This document shows, in pieces, positions 51,681-64,000 of a stretch of DNA of 64,000 bases (positions are counted from its first letter, which is position 1; each line of letters opens with the position of its first letter). Origin of the DNA: Eukaryota sp. GEM-RC1 (lineage: Eukaryota); contig JAUFOQ010000004.1 in assembly GCA_040285855.1 (NCBI GenBank), positions 1,488,001 to 1,552,000 of the forward strand, written 5' to 3'. Below the pieces are notes generated by a model that searched no databases, was not told the origin of the DNA, and saw only the letters and a program-made list of their open reading frames with translations. The translations under genes and the position numbers were made by a program.

Positions 51681-52648
51681 TAGAGATGGGCAATCGACTC
51701 GACTAGTCGACTAGACTCAGACTCGACTCGACTAATTAGTTCAGTCGACTCCACTTTTAATAGTCAAGTCGAGTCTCATGGTCAGTGAACTCGAGTGTGG
51801 AGTCGAGTCAGCTCCAGCTTCCCCTAGTCTAGTCTTGTCTGTTCGAGTGCGCACTAATGTATTTTGTTGAAGTTGTTGTGAACGTCAGCTCTACGTACTC
51901 ATTCCTACTCGTGTTTACACAAATCCAATTCAAATAAATACACAACTACTAGTCTTGTACTTTTTATACAAGCAAAGTGCATATGAAATCACAAAACTTC
52001 TTAGTTCTTCATTGCCCCATGACCGCCCATCCCCTCAAAAAAGTGAACGATAGCACACGTGGTTGATTGTGTGTATGCTTTACTGTTTTTGCTGACAGGT
52101 CAATTTCTCACTTCTTCCTACTAGTATACTATTTTCAATTGTTGGCTCCAATTTGTCACATTCTTTACGTAGGCATCGTCTGTGACATTATTCGTTTCTT
52201 TTCTGTAGTTTTTGTATCATTGTTTCCAGAACACGAAAACATGACATCATCTTGTTGTAGTTACTACTTAAGTACATGAAGTGAAGACAAACACATCTTA
52301 CACTTATCATTCAAATCCTTTCAGTGGTCATGAGTCTTCCTTTATCAAGAATAAAGATCATTTCTACTGATTACAACACAATAGCTATGTTTGCAATTCC
52401 TAGGCGAACATATATTCACACACAAAGACACCTTTTGAGTAAAGGTATGAAATTATTAATTGATTTCATCGAATAAAATAGCCCAATGTTAGTCCGGACT
52501 AATGCCCACTCGACTCGACTAAGTCTGTTAGTTCAGTCGACTCCACTTTGGAAGTCGATTCGAGTCTAAGGGCCAGTGAACTTAGTGTGGAGTCAATTGT
52601 GACTAGACTAGACTGAATTCAGTCGAGTCGAGTCGTTGCCCATCTCTA
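51681..52648. mobile_element. Non-autonomous hAT-type element (MITE-like)
   Basis: TIR TAGAGATGGGCAA / TTGCCCATCTCTA; 8-bp flanks ATACGTTG / ATACGTGG (7 of 8 match); many subterminal CGACT/AGTCG motifs. Confidence 0.88.
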
Positions 52649-52830
52649 ATACGTGGACATGTAAACTTCTCTTTAACCGTTACTTCTACTGTAGAAGATT
52701 AGAATACATTTCCTGAAAATAGACTGGTCCTAATAATTAACGATTTATAATTGTCACTCCAAAAATACTCCCACATGACACTGTAAATAATTAAAATAAA
52801 AAACTAAACAATTCACAATTTTCAAAAATT

Positions 52831-55053
52831 TCACACAAGCATCTCATCAACAACAGTCAATGATTGAATTAAACTACAACGAGCAGAAACCTGTACAATT
52901 CCTGAAACCTTTTCTAAATCAAAGAATTGTTCAGATTCATCATCTCTTAAATAACTAGCTTGTTGCTGAGAAAGTTTGGTACTACACTCAACAATCAATC
53001 TAGCAAGCAATGATGGGAAAGCCATCGTCATCTTTTTACTCCTCTTATTGAATAAAAATGAAAAACTCTGTCGTCCCCAGCTATCAATACGTTCCATTAT
53101 TGAATTTAAATTTTGCTTAATATTTTGAACTTCAGAAAAACACCTCGACTCTTGAACTCCATGGAAAAGAGAATCATAAATCGACAGTAAATCCCGTACA
53201 GCCTCACCTCTTTCATACCACATTGACACGTCATCAGAATGGTCTGTTAAAAATGACAATGCTGAGAAAAGCAGAGGTAGCTGCTTGGCCGTAATTAACT
53301 CAGAACCCAGACTTGAAGTCAGTAGAGTGTGGACGAAGTCGTATTGTCCAGAGAGATATAGACAAGAAGCAAATGAAATGAAATGTCCCAGTGATAGAGA
53401 CGATAGGTATTTGGATTTGTACTTATCGGCAACACATGAATAAACAAAAGAAGTGTCAATGTGGAGCTCATCGGTCAAAAACAGCACGTCATCGTGATTG
53501 GTGAATGAACCGAAACCATTCAACTCCAAATCAGGCAAGTTTCTGCTAATGATTTCCCGTAGCAACGTTTCCCGAGCTCTTTCATCAGAGTTAAACAACG
53601 AAGCAAAGGCTGCCCATCGCCATTGAGACCCGCGCTCTAAATTATAAACAATCTCCACTGGAAAACAACCAGCAAGGAGCCCAAAACCAGATAAAACTGT
53701 ATATAGAACAAAAGGACCAAAATAACAACGTGATGGCTCATTATAAGAATACGGCACATTAAAGTTATCAGAAGTAATATCTCTATCAGCAAACAAAGTC
53801 AACAAAAGATACCGAACATCTAAGAACTTATGCTGAGTTACTGGTTCCTCCACTAGTGAGTGATTCAAAGCATCAGAGAAGTCGTCTAAAAGCATTGATA
53901 TACCTGATTTAGGATCAGAGTGATACCAAAGACAACAAGCCAAGGAGATTAACCAGCCATTGCCCATTGTGGTGGAGAAATCTCCTGCTAGTAGCTTGTA
54001 AATGATTGTTAGTTGAAAGTCTTGGTTACTGGGCCAGTTTTCAACCCATTGTTGGAGTATTTCTGATGATTCACGTGATCGTGATGACGTGATGATTGGA
54101 GCCATATCAGGAAAGTGTCTGAGTGACGTTTCCATAGCCTCAGCAATCAGCCCACGTGATAGTTTACTAAAAATAGACAATAAATAAGGATCATTTAGCT
54201 GCACGTCATCACAATGAGGGGCAATCGGTGTCCCTTTGATTGTCGACTTAAGCCAAGCTGAAAAGTGTCTCATTCTTGAATAGAACAACGGACGAGAAGA
54301 CGAGGTATACATAGTTTCTGAGCTAACTACCGGTTGTTCCTCTGAATCGATCCCCCATAGAACATTGACAAGAGAGACAGAAGAGGAGAGGAGAGAAGAT
54401 GATTGTTCTTGGTTTAGTATTGAGGAGAGCTCCCTGCAGAAGGAGGAAGCGTGGAAAGGGGTTGTGAGATGGGCTTGAGGGATTGGATCGTGGGAGAAGG
54501 AGGAGTTGTTGAGGAGGGAGGAGAGGACTGAGTTGATGAGTGTGGGGGAGAAAGGGAAGGCTGTGGGTTCTTTTGGGATTTCTACTTGTTGAGAAGGTTC
54601 AGGGAGTTCAGGTGACATTGGAGAGGATGGGATCGGAAGGGATTCAGACGGCGGTATTGGAACGGAGGGAGACGAGGGGAATGAGCGAAATGGTGGCATT
54701 TCAGTAGGAGGAGAAGTGACTGGGGAGGTCACTGGAGAAGAGAACATGTCTTGGACTGGTTCTTCTGGTTCCTCAGATTCTGATTCAGAATCATCACTGA
54801 AAGAAAAAGCGAAACGACTTGAGTGAGGTGCTTCAAGACGATGATGATGGGAAGATGCATGAGGTGAATGGATAGCCGATTTAGACATCATGGAAGATTG
54901 ACCAAATACAGATGGAGACTGTGCCATGGAGTAAGACATAAAAGGAGGATGTTCTAAAGATAAGACTTCTCCTGAGACTTCTTCAGGGGCTTGAGGGACA
55001 ACTTCTTCATCAGATTCATCAGATTCATCTAGATCAACCTTGAAAGGAGCCAT
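52831..55053 (-). CDS. NUP96: Nucleoporin Nup96-like protein (stand-alone)
   Basis: WLISLACCLWY, DVRYLLLTLF and LERGSQWRWAAFASLF..RETLLREIISRN resemble conserved Nup96 blocks; acidic/Pro-rich N-terminus. Confidence 0.68.
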   Translation of the reverse strand: MAPFKVDLDESDESDEEVVPQAPEEVSGEVLSLEHPPFMSYSMAQSPSVFGQSSMMSKSAIHSPHASSHHHRLEAPHSSRFAFSFSDDSESESEEPEEPVQDMFSSPVTSPVTSPPTEMPPFRSFPSSPSVPIPPSESLPIPSSPMSPELPEPSQQVEIPKEPTAFPFSPTLINSVLSSLLNNSSFSHDPIPQAHLTTPFHASSFCRELSSILNQEQSSSLLSSSVSLVNVLWGIDSEEQPVVSSETMYTSSSRPLFYSRMRHFSAWLKSTIKGTPIAPHCDDVQLNDPYLLSIFSKLSRGLIAEAMETSLRHFPDMAPIITSSRSRESSEILQQWVENWPSNQDFQLTIIYKLLAGDFSTTMGNGWLISLACCLWYHSDPKSGISMLLDDFSDALNHSLVEEPVTQHKFLDVRYLLLTLFADRDITSDNFNVPYSYNEPSRCYFGPFVLYTVLSGFGLLAGCFPVEIVYNLERGSQWRWAAFASLFNSDERARETLLREIISRNLPDLELNGFGSFTNHDDVLFLTDELHIDTSFVYSCVADKYKSKYLSSLSLGHFISFASCLYLSGQYDFVHTLLTSSLGSELITAKQLPLLFSALSFLTDHSDDVSMWYERGEAVRDLLSIYDSLFHGVQESRCFSEVQNIKQNLNSIMERIDSWGRQSFSFLFNKRSKKMTMAFPSLLARLIVECSTKLSQQQASYLRDDESEQFFDLEKVSGIVQVSARCSLIQSLTVVDEMLV

Positions 55054-55494
55054 TTAAGAGCAATTGGTTAGAGTGGTTGAAAGTTCGAAAAACAAAAAAT
55101 TTGTCTCGAGATAATGTGTTTTTTGAAGACATAACCTGACGTGTGATTGGAATCTGTGTTCCGTAATGTTCATGCTGTCAGCGTACTCTTCAGAAATTTT
55201 AATTCTATTTTTACATCAAATGTATTCCAAAGGACACACAGTAATATTCATTAAATCGGATTCTTTTCCATTTTCGATGAATGACAACAATGTCCATTAT
55301 TTCAGTCACTGATCACTAACCGGGTCATGTATTGGGAGTAAACCGAGATTAATTGACAAAATCTGATTTCAAAGGTTCTTGCAAAAACGAGTATCGGTAG
55401 CACATCTAGATGAGTTTTCAAGTGTCTTTTCGTACAATGTAATTGTATTAGAAGGAACCAGTTAGAAAATAATTGTTAGTTAATTACAATATTG

Positions 55495-55900
55495 CCAATT
55501 AGGTGAGCTCATTGCTGCAGATCTCCATTCTTGTCAAGTGGTGATAGATGTTACTTCTGTTGATCCTCGTGCAAAAGTGTATTTGAATTCAGTTTCGAGT
55601 GACACCGAAATTCATTTATCCGAAGCTGAAAAAAGAAAAGATTGACGCGTATCCTAAAACAATGAACAAATTGAATTCCAATTTGTATTCTTCTTTACGT
55701 TGATTCCTTTTGTCATTTCAATTCTTGGTAATATTGGAAGTGCTGCTGAAAATTTCTTTGATGCCTTTTCAAATTTATGCCGTGATCAAAAAAAATTTAA
55801 TCAGACTGTCTATTTATGTTATGTGGTTCTTTTGAAAATTGTGTTCATCTATTCATTTAGCAACTTTAAAGCCGCTAATCCAGAAGAATTTAAATCTTAG
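55495..55900 (+). mobile_element. RLE endonuclease 3' fragment of non-LTR retrotransposon
   Basis: VVIDVTSVDP..AEKRK..Y..IPFVISILGNIG, homologous to 15940-16130. Confidence 0.7.
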
Positions 55901-56369
55901 ATCTTGAATATAGGAAGTAGACTGCCTCTAATGTAAAATGTAAGGAAATGACATCCAATTTGATGTTGTATCGGTGTTCTTCTATTACTAGCAGTTGCCC
56001 TGGGAAATTTCAATTGTACTGACATTACATTAATCTAGAGGGCCCCTTTTAGGCTAGAGGACAATCTGGACTTTCCAGAATCATCCAAATGATGCATGTA
56101 ATGTGAAAAAAGGGGCTGATTGTATTGTAGTTACGCATTTTTAAGGATTTGTCAATTACTAGTACATGTAGGAAACTCTATTTCCACCGTAGCATGAACT
56201 GTTTGGAATGTTCAATAAACCTCGTCGAACCAACAAGAAACGAACACTTACTTGGAAAAACGATAGAAATGCGATGCAAATAACATAAACATAATACATT
56301 TTATAATTTAAAAATCGAAGCAATCCAGAAATTGTTCCAAACAACTCTGAAGCTTAGTTCGAAATTATA

Positions 56370-57388
56370 CTACATTTGGTTCAATCGTTCTTGAACTCTA
56401 AGGGCGATTCCATTATAAGAAGATGAGCTATACTTATTAAAAATAGCCTTCTTTGTTCTAGAATACTTATCAAGACCTTTCGCCTGATTCAAAACCTTCT
56501 TGTAAAAACAAACAGCAGAAGTCAAATCTTCCACTCTGTACTTACTGTATGATTCCAAACCAGCAGACCAAGGGCTTCTTCCATACAACTGAAGACACAC
56601 GGACAACGCAGCAGCAGCTTGGAGCGAGGGGTAGTACTTAATGTACTCAGCGTCCATCAAAGCAAGTTCAATAAGGTAATGTGCGGAATACTTGATCAAA
56701 ACATCGGCTTCTGCAATCTTGGTGAAACGGCGGAGGAATGTGAAAGCGGAGGGAGCGGCGAGATCGAATTGTAGTGTAGCTACCATGAGGCGTTCAGCAC
56801 GGAGTAGATCGGGCTTGAGGATAGAGGGATGAACGAGTTTAATCCAATGCTTGAGACGAGGGGTGTACACGTCTTCGAATTTGCAGGCGAGGAAAAGGGC
56901 AGTGTAAGCGACGAGTTGAAGTTTAGTCCGAACAACCGTTTTGAATGAGAGAAATCTGTCAAGGTAGTTCACAGCAGTGAAAAGAGATTCGGGGACAGAT
57001 CGGAATCGGACATGAACATCGACAAGCCAATCCACAACAACAGCTCTGTTTTCAGGTGTGATGTCGTGTTGTTTATCAAGAAACGTACAAAGAGGATGCG
57101 TCCGTTGTTCAAAATCACGAAGATAGTTGTAGATATCGTGAACATAGGCCGCAAGAGGGTCTCCAGCAGGTGGTAAATCGATATCATAGCGTTCCTTAAC
57201 AGGTTCAGTAGGTTTATACGTAGGGATCGGCTGCTTAAAGTTTTGTGTCAAAGAAGGAACGATGGGTTGTGCGGCCAACGATTTGGGATACGATTAACTT
57301 AGAAAAAGAACAAACCTTAAGACGGAGTCTGCCCAGTACATTAGCAGTATTGGAGACATCTCGTAGACCAGCAGTTTTTGCGAACATG
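56370..57388 (-). CDS. A/B-type cyclin (5' end broken by a frameshift or intron)
   Basis: YVHDIYNYLR, NRAVVVDWLVDVH, LFTAVNYLDRFL, KLQLVAYTALFLACKFED; upstream MFAKTAGLRDVSN resembles a destruction box. Confidence 0.92.
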
Positions 57389-57443
57389 ACGGCGCTATTT
57401 TTGTGTAATTTGCGCCCTATTTTCACACACCTCCATCCATTCT

Positions 57444-58733
57444 ATGCTAGACCCCATTCATGATTTTGAAACGATCCATGGGTTAGGTGATGGCTATTCT
57501 GTTGATAGATCCTACTTTCCACCTTATTCATCAGGCCCACATCCAAACGCATCAAGCACTAAATCCAAAAACTCTAATCCTGCACCCACTTCATATTACA
57601 AACCGCCAGTTTCACCTTTTGTAAAACATCGCAAAAGTACCTTTGATTCCCAACAACCAACATGTGACATGTGTTTCTCACCTTCCAATAATGCTCAAGA
57701 ACCCATCACTCTTTCAACTAACGATTCCCTTAACGAAGTCTTCTCCAGTTCCTTACTAAACAGCCGAAAGAAGTACATTGACACCATTTCTTCTTCTCAC
57801 AATCTCAACTTCTCCTCTTACTCAGATGATCCTTCCCCCAGAGCCCTATCTCCTGAACTCTCTCCATCCCCTGTTTTCTCTTCAGATTCCCTCCCTCCTC
57901 CTCGTTTCCCTACTTCCAAGTCTACTTCCTCCCCAACTGAAGCTCCCACTGTTACTAAGCTACCAACAGTCTCCAAATGTAAGAAGATCCATTCTAAGAT
58001 CATTTCTGTTCTCTCTTCTGATGCGGATTACCTCAAGTCATCAAAACTTTTGTTCCATAACCGTCCTGACTCACGAAACCTACGAGTTTACTTTGGAGAC
58101 TTACCTCCCACGTTATCCGATCTAAAAGTAGCTCAAAAGAAACGTGTTTGTGTCTCTCAGAGTAGTCACTTTCAACCAGTAAGAAGAGCTTCGAGATCGG
58201 AGAATATTTCTGATCACATACCTCCACCAAAGTTATCAACAACATATGTTAAAACGAAAAGGAAAAAGAGAGAAATTTCAAATCTTGAAGATATTTTCAA
58301 ATGTTATAATCGTACGGAAACTTGCCCAGTTCATCACGATCAATCACTTCTGATTGCACCCTACACTAAGTCCAAGTTATTTACTGATTATGAGCCCACC
58401 GCTCCTAGAAAGACTTGGGTTAAAGAGAGTCAGAAGAAGGGAATAGAGTTTGAACTGAGATGTAAGAAAGAAGAACACATGAGGAGGTTCATGGAAGAAC
58501 GACAGCGAGAGAGAAATTTTGAGAATAGACGTCATGCTCAACGTGAATTCATAAGAAGTCAAGCGGCCAAAGTGTTTAGGAATTCGTTAATCATTGGTGA
58601 GCCTTTTTCTTTGGGTCAATTTGATAAAGAATATCAAAATACTCATATGGAAAAGCAAATTGTTGTTGATTCTGATGAAGAACGTGAGGTTGCTGAGTGT
58701 ATAGATGATTTTGAAAGAAGTCTTGGGATTTAG
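57444..58733 (+). CDS. Hypothetical Ser/Pro-rich protein with C-terminal charged coiled coil
   Basis: Uninterrupted 429-aa ORF divergent from the cyclin; no family recognised. Confidence 0.7.
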   Translation: MLDPIHDFETIHGLGDGYSVDRSYFPPYSSGPHPNASSTKSKNSNPAPTSYYKPPVSPFVKHRKSTFDSQQPTCDMCFSPSNNAQEPITLSTNDSLNEVFSSSLLNSRKKYIDTISSSHNLNFSSYSDDPSPRALSPELSPSPVFSSDSLPPPRFPTSKSTSSPTEAPTVTKLPTVSKCKKIHSKIISVLSSDADYLKSSKLLFHNRPDSRNLRVYFGDLPPTLSDLKVAQKKRVCVSQSSHFQPVRRASRSENISDHIPPPKLSTTYVKTKRKKREISNLEDIFKCYNRTETCPVHHDQSLLIAPYTKSKLFTDYEPTAPRKTWVKESQKKGIEFELRCKKEEHMRRFMEERQRERNFENRRHAQREFIRSQAAKVFRNSLIIGEPFSLGQFDKEYQNTHMEKQIVVDSDEEREVAECIDDFERSLGI

Positions 58734-58846
58734 TTTGTAGTGTTTTAATTGATCAATTTATTTGTAATATATCGGTGTACTTTAGTTGTGCTTTTTGTTG
58801 AATTAATTTAAGTTTTAGAGAACGCAGGGGTTTTAGTTAACACATA

Positions 58847-59757
58847 TCGTCGAGGTCCTAATACAAGCATAGTAGAGGGTATGCTTGCATTGTTTCCCCT
58901 TAATAAACTCTAATGTTTCTTCAAAAAGCTCAGAACATTGATATACTACGTCAGTGGGCTACATTGGAATTTTTATTGATTTCACCTACCGCTACAAGGA
59001 CCGGTGCTACATTCAACTCTTATAATTTCACACAATTAGTTCGCGTCAATTATATATTGCAGATAACTTGTATTGCATTGTACATGTATCTATTAACACG
59101 TGACCAAAGTAATGAAACATATTCGTCTATAAAACTATTGTTGAACAAACTTTGTTACTCTCTGTTGTTTTCTGCTCTTGACTCAATTTGTGACACTAGT
59201 GTATCTCGTATTTTGTCGAATACAGTCGTTGTAGAAAAAATAATGACTTGACAAACAAATCGTATACAGGAAATCCTCGGAAATCAAATCTCTTTGATGG
59301 TTTCAAGAGTCTGTGTTTCGCACTTTATTAACTAGACTCATGCGTAGTATTAGAGAGTTGACGATGGGGAATAATTGCAAAAGTAAGAAGAATTCCCGAG
59401 GGACCAGTTTGTTGCTGAAGATTTATTAGAGTTCAAAGAAATGATGAAAATAATCTCAATTGGCAACACAATAACAGATGCTTTTTATATAGACATTTGA
59501 ATGATCAAGAAATTGATGAAATTGATGAAGGAGTCATACATTTGTTCATCTTTTGTTTTGAATTAGACGATCAAGAGGGACTAGGATATTGAATGACAGA
59601 AAGTGGTTTCGAATACAATGACTCCACTTGTTGTGATCAACAGTTGTTCAGTAAAAGTGAGTTTTAAGGGACCCTAATACAAGCAGGTTCCAATACAAGC
59701 ATAGTAAGGGGTATGCTTGTATAGTATTTAAGGTTGCTTGTATTGGGCCCTCGACGA
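58847..59757. mobile_element. Non-autonomous Tc1/mariner(pogo)-type element
   Basis: TIR TCGTCGAGGTCCTAATACAAGCA vs the reverse complement of TGCTTGTATTGGGCCCTCGACGA (2 mismatches); TA on both sides; internal AATACAAGCAT..ATGCTTG palindromes. Confidence 0.82.
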
Positions 59758-59872
59758 TATATAGTTAAAAGTTCGCGATGCGATTTGTTCAATTGTTTTC
59801 ATAGTTGTGGATACCTTAATTTCAAAAATTAGAATACCTAATTCCTACCAAAATGCCAAAATACCGAATATC

Positions 59873-60558
59873 CAGGGATGCCGAATATTGGATTGCCAAT
59901 ACAATATTGCCAATCAATACCAATATATATTGATTGGTCGACTGTTTTCCAATACCAATATATTGCCAATATTGCCAATACATTACAATGCTAATAAAGA
60001 ATCAAAATACTGACTTTATCTTTTCATCATGCCAGATAACAAGGTCTGTTTGACGCACTACAATCGACAGTTGACAACACAGAGACTTGGAAATGTGTTT
60101 GTGGAGACATTTGTAGATGTAAAACAGGTTCTGGTTGGTCTAACCTACTAGTAATTGGGCATGTTAATAAGCAGAATAATTGCAAAATAGACTTATGTGG
60201 ATTTAATATTTATTCCAACAACTTCGAAGTTGAAAGATTGTTTTCTCCTGTGAAACTTTGTATGGGACACAATCGTTTCTGCCATTCTTCTGTAAGACTT
60301 GAACGTCAGCTTTAGCTCCACTTCAACAGCCTTCTCATGGTCTTTGGAACGTAAGCACAATCAGAACCGCATGTGTATCACATTGGAGTGTAGAAGATGA
60401 GAAAGATTAAATGTATGATGTTTTTAGTTAGTTTTTACTTGATGAGTTTTATAAACTGATATTGCAATATTGACCAATATACTGGATCCAATACAGTATT
60501 GATTGGCAAGTCATTTTCCAATACCAATATATTGCCAAGGCAATATTCGGCATCCCTG
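59873..60558 (+). mobile_element. Non-autonomous hAT element with transposase remnants
   Basis: Perfect 18-bp TIR CAGGGATGCCGAATATTG; perfect 8-bp TSD CGAATATC; subterminal CCAATA repeats; internal WKCVCG..GWSNL and SNNFEVERLFS remnants. Confidence 0.92.
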
Positions 60559-61107
60559 CGAATATCTTAGCCTGATACTTGAAAACCTAGAAAAATGACT
60601 GAACATATTGCAGAAACTAATCTATATAACTTTTTGAACAAAGAGCTCAACAAAATTGCAGTGATGCATACTATGTTAGTACAGTGTAGTCATTTCTTCT
60701 TGTCTTTGGTCTTTGGAAGAATCCATCCCTATGGTTGACAACACCCTCAAGATGTTCATCAAATTCCTTAAGACAATGTTCTGCCTCAGTGTCAGTATCT
60801 TCAGTATCTACAGATACTGTGACAGCCACAGCATTAGATACTACTTCAGCAATTGACTCAATGCTTATATCAAGTTCAATATCGTCCTTCTTAACCATCA
60901 CTGCTACTGAAACTAATGATTAGACAAATTAGTGCCATAGACCACTAACCACCTTGACCACGAGGCCATAATCAGAAAATGCCTCAGTGTCATGGACGCA
61001 TGGACCATAAAACAATTATGGAACATATGTTCATATTGCTAAATTTAGAAACTTTTTCTGCATCTACGTTAACCCTATTCACCGATACAGCTCAATAAAT
61101 TTAAACC

Positions 61108-64000
61108 ATGGATGAGAAATTTTCCACACACAGTGCAATAGCTCCATCTTCTGAACAAGATGACGCCATCAAGTCTGGTGCCTCCATTGATGAAAATCAA
61201 ACTCATCCTTTCCTCAACGACTTCCTCCTCAACACCCCGTCTTCATCCCAACATTCTACTCGAGTAGCTGTTTACTGTCGTCTTGCTCCTTCTTCCTCTC
61301 CCACTCCATTGATCGATCGACCTTCCATCAACTCAGTCTCTATACAATTACCTAAAGATACCTCAGATACAACTATCAACATCAGTAAGGAAAGATGGAC
61401 CTTTCCCTTCACCTCTGTATTAACGGAGGATAACCTTGCTGTCTTCAATGAAACTGTCTTACCTGCTGTCAATAGTCTTTTCCGAAACATCTCTTCCACT
61501 TTCTTCCTCTATGGTGGTCGTAGTAGTGGCAAAACTTACACTCTTTTTGGACCTTCCGATCGTACTTCTCCTGATTCTCTAGGAGTTGCTCCGCTGACAT
61601 TTCAATCAATATTTGATCGTGTTGAAAATCATCATCAAGTTTACATTTCGTTTTTAGAAATCAAAAATGATGAAGTTTATGATCTCTTACAAACGTCATC
61701 TGATGCCGATGGTAATACTGACCCTTGTCAGTTAGATACCACAATCATTCGTAATGTAAGTGACACAGCCACAGTCTCCTCAGTTCCTGGATTGTCCATA
61801 AAATATGTTCCGAATCTCCGCTTAGCACTTCAAACACTTTCCGAAGCTGTTTCTCTCAGACGAAATGTCACTTCCCAAGATCATCCTCTTGCTGACCGAT
61901 CACACGTCATTGTGGATATCCATCTTGTTTCGCAAAAGCACCAAACCCGTAGTAAATTGTGCTGTGTTGACCTGGCCGCCGCTGTTAAAACTGCAGAGCT
62001 TCCTCTAAAGGGGCTGATACGTAATGAAGGTCTGCAAATCAATAAGTCGTTGTTCTTCTTGGAATCAGTATTGACAGCAATTGTCTCTCGTAAACCACAT
62101 GTTCCATACCGTAATTGCGCCCTCACTTCGCTTCTACGTTTTAATTTATCCCATGCACCTAAACTGGTGATAATGGCGTGTTTGTCTTTAAGTTCAGAAC
62201 TAGTGTCTGAGTCTCTTGCCACGTGTCTGTTTTTCCGTAGAATCGGTCTTATCAAGGGAGTCAGAGATACTGCGTCTAAACCAAATATGAAACAAATTTT
62301 GAAAGATCATTTCCATGCACTCGAAGGGTCAAATATACCTTCAATTAGTGATTTACTTCATGATTTAATGGACGAATCTAACAAAAATCCACCACGCGTC
62401 GGTTATAATAGCGGAATCGATTGGGAAGATCCATCTCCTGTTTCATTAAGAACTGTACAACGTCCTTCGTCGCTGCTTTCACGCGAATTGTCAACAATTT
62501 CAAAAGATGGTACTATTCTCGATTCTGTCGTGAAAAAATCAAGTCTATTGAGTGAGCAACGTTCGAATACTGCTAAAGCCAGTGTACTTGATAATCTTTC
62601 TCCTACAGAAGAGGGAAGTTAGTGTTGAAATCAGAAGTGGATTTCAACAAAGTTCTTCAGCAGAAAGCTCTGATGACAGCGAAAACGCCGAACGTGTAAC
62701 TTCTGACAAGAATCTACTTATCGAGTCTGAGTCTAGTGATTATACCAGAACTTTCAATTTTAAAAAATTTGGAGCATTTCTTTTCTACTTATCAATAGTT
62801 TGTATATTCATTTATGTATTTTCCACATTTTCATTTGCTGCCGTCTATGCTTACTTCCATGTTCTCTTATGTCCGTCCAGTCTAGTGTTTGATGCTGGAA
62901 CTTATGCTTTTGGTCCTGATGATACTACTTGGACGCTACACCAAGGAGCAACTGGAGTTTGGTTTGATTGTCACGTATACTTCAACTTCGATTTTGACTC
63001 CAGTCCACAAGTTTTCCTGTCTATTGAGTCTATTGAATCCTCTGAAATTCTTAATGTTGACCTCCGCCTACGTAGTGTTTTCAGTGATCATTTTGCAGTA
63101 AGAATATCAACTAGACGACCCTCATTCATCAACAAACTCGCTATAACTTGGATTGCTGTTGATCAGTCGTGTCTAAAAGAAACGAAGTCGTATTTGTATG
63201 GTGGATTTGTAGACTTTGATCCAACTCTTTATGGTATAATGACTAATGTTTCACATTGGTCGACCAGCCAAATGACCCCTTTGCGCCTTCAAATGATTGG
63301 AATTCAACAACGTCGGTATTTTATTCCATTCATTCATTATTCTTTGAACAAGATTCCCACGACAATAATTTAAATATTCACTTTCCTAAATTATTGAAAT
63401 ATGAAGGTAATACGAACTCACTACTCAATATTTCTCATGGATTCTACAGTGACGGTTTCTTAGATCTCGCACGTTTCAATTTACTAGTTCTCGACAGCTC
63501 CCTCTTAATCTACACAGATCTAGTTTATGACGTGATCGAAATGAGCTCAGAAGTCTTTAACGATTACAATCTTGATGATAAGGGATCAACATCCTTTGTT
63601 GTTGACGTGTCATTTCCGAAGGTTTTCATGCAAATACCTAAAGTTTACATTTTTCTATTTGAGTATAATTCTGCTAATACGGTCTTGTCATATACTACGT
63701 CCATTGAAGCTGTTGATTTTAATCAATTTCGACTGCGAGTCACTACCTTAGAAAACTGCAGGCTATCAAATATTTCATTTTATTACATTGCTTCTACTGA
63801 TTCTGTCGCTGTTTTTGATGTTATAGATTATCTGATATTATTTTTCACTGTTCTTCTTGTTCTTCTGGCTTTGTTACTGGAGCGGTTTCCTCCCTCTTTC
63901 GAAAGAAATACATCCTATGAAACCTATCACGAATTCTCAGATGATTGGTTTGCTGATGAAATGTCCCAATATGAGTCCTCTGAGTACAACAGTGCTTTGC
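61108..64000 (+). CDS. Divergent kinesin motor (KIF6/9-like), probably continuing through frameshifts into TM + H-type-lectin-like domains + TM; runs off the window end
   Basis: FLYGGRSSGKTYTLFG, SFLEIKNDEVYDLL, VDLAAA, INKSLFFLESVL, HVPYRN. ORF 62552 has no Met before its TM. FDSSPQVFLSI..FAVRIST..ITWIAV and FMQIPKVYIFL..FRLRVTT..FYYIAS are lectin-like; a second TM lies at ~63830-63880. Confidence 0.65.

Overview
AT-rich, gene-dense, intron-poor eukaryotic (protist-like) DNA. Many single-base frameshifts fall in homopolymer runs, including one in the essential Pol delta gene, so they are probably long-read assembly errors. The main discovery is at 0.2-8.2 kb. A minus-strand Fanzor1 (eukaryotic TnpB-derived RNA-guided RuvC nuclease) keeps all three RuvC catalytic motifs. 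It appears to carry an N-terminal, catalytically degenerate family-B DNA polymerase 3'-5' exonuclease-like domain and a C-terminal CCHC zinc knuckle. A highly structured candidate omegaRNA follows the stop codon and ends in a 31-bp hairpin that is exactly duplicated 749 bp further on. The gene sits head-to-head with a PIF1 helicase, and no HUH Rep or intact transposase is visible. Housekeeping genes are Pol delta, AK6/Fap7, a DDRGK1-like gene with a 35-nt intron, a stand-alone Nup96 and a cyclin. The window also has a ~17-kb gene for a giant multidomain surface protein, an RCC1-like family with a local duplication, and two kinesin-like genes; one seems fused to transmembrane helices and H-type-lectin-like domains. 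Transposon relics include an RLE-type non-LTR retroelement, IS630/Tc1-like and hAT fragments, and three TIR/TSD-bounded non-autonomous elements. All calls come from motif recognition by eye; no searches were run.
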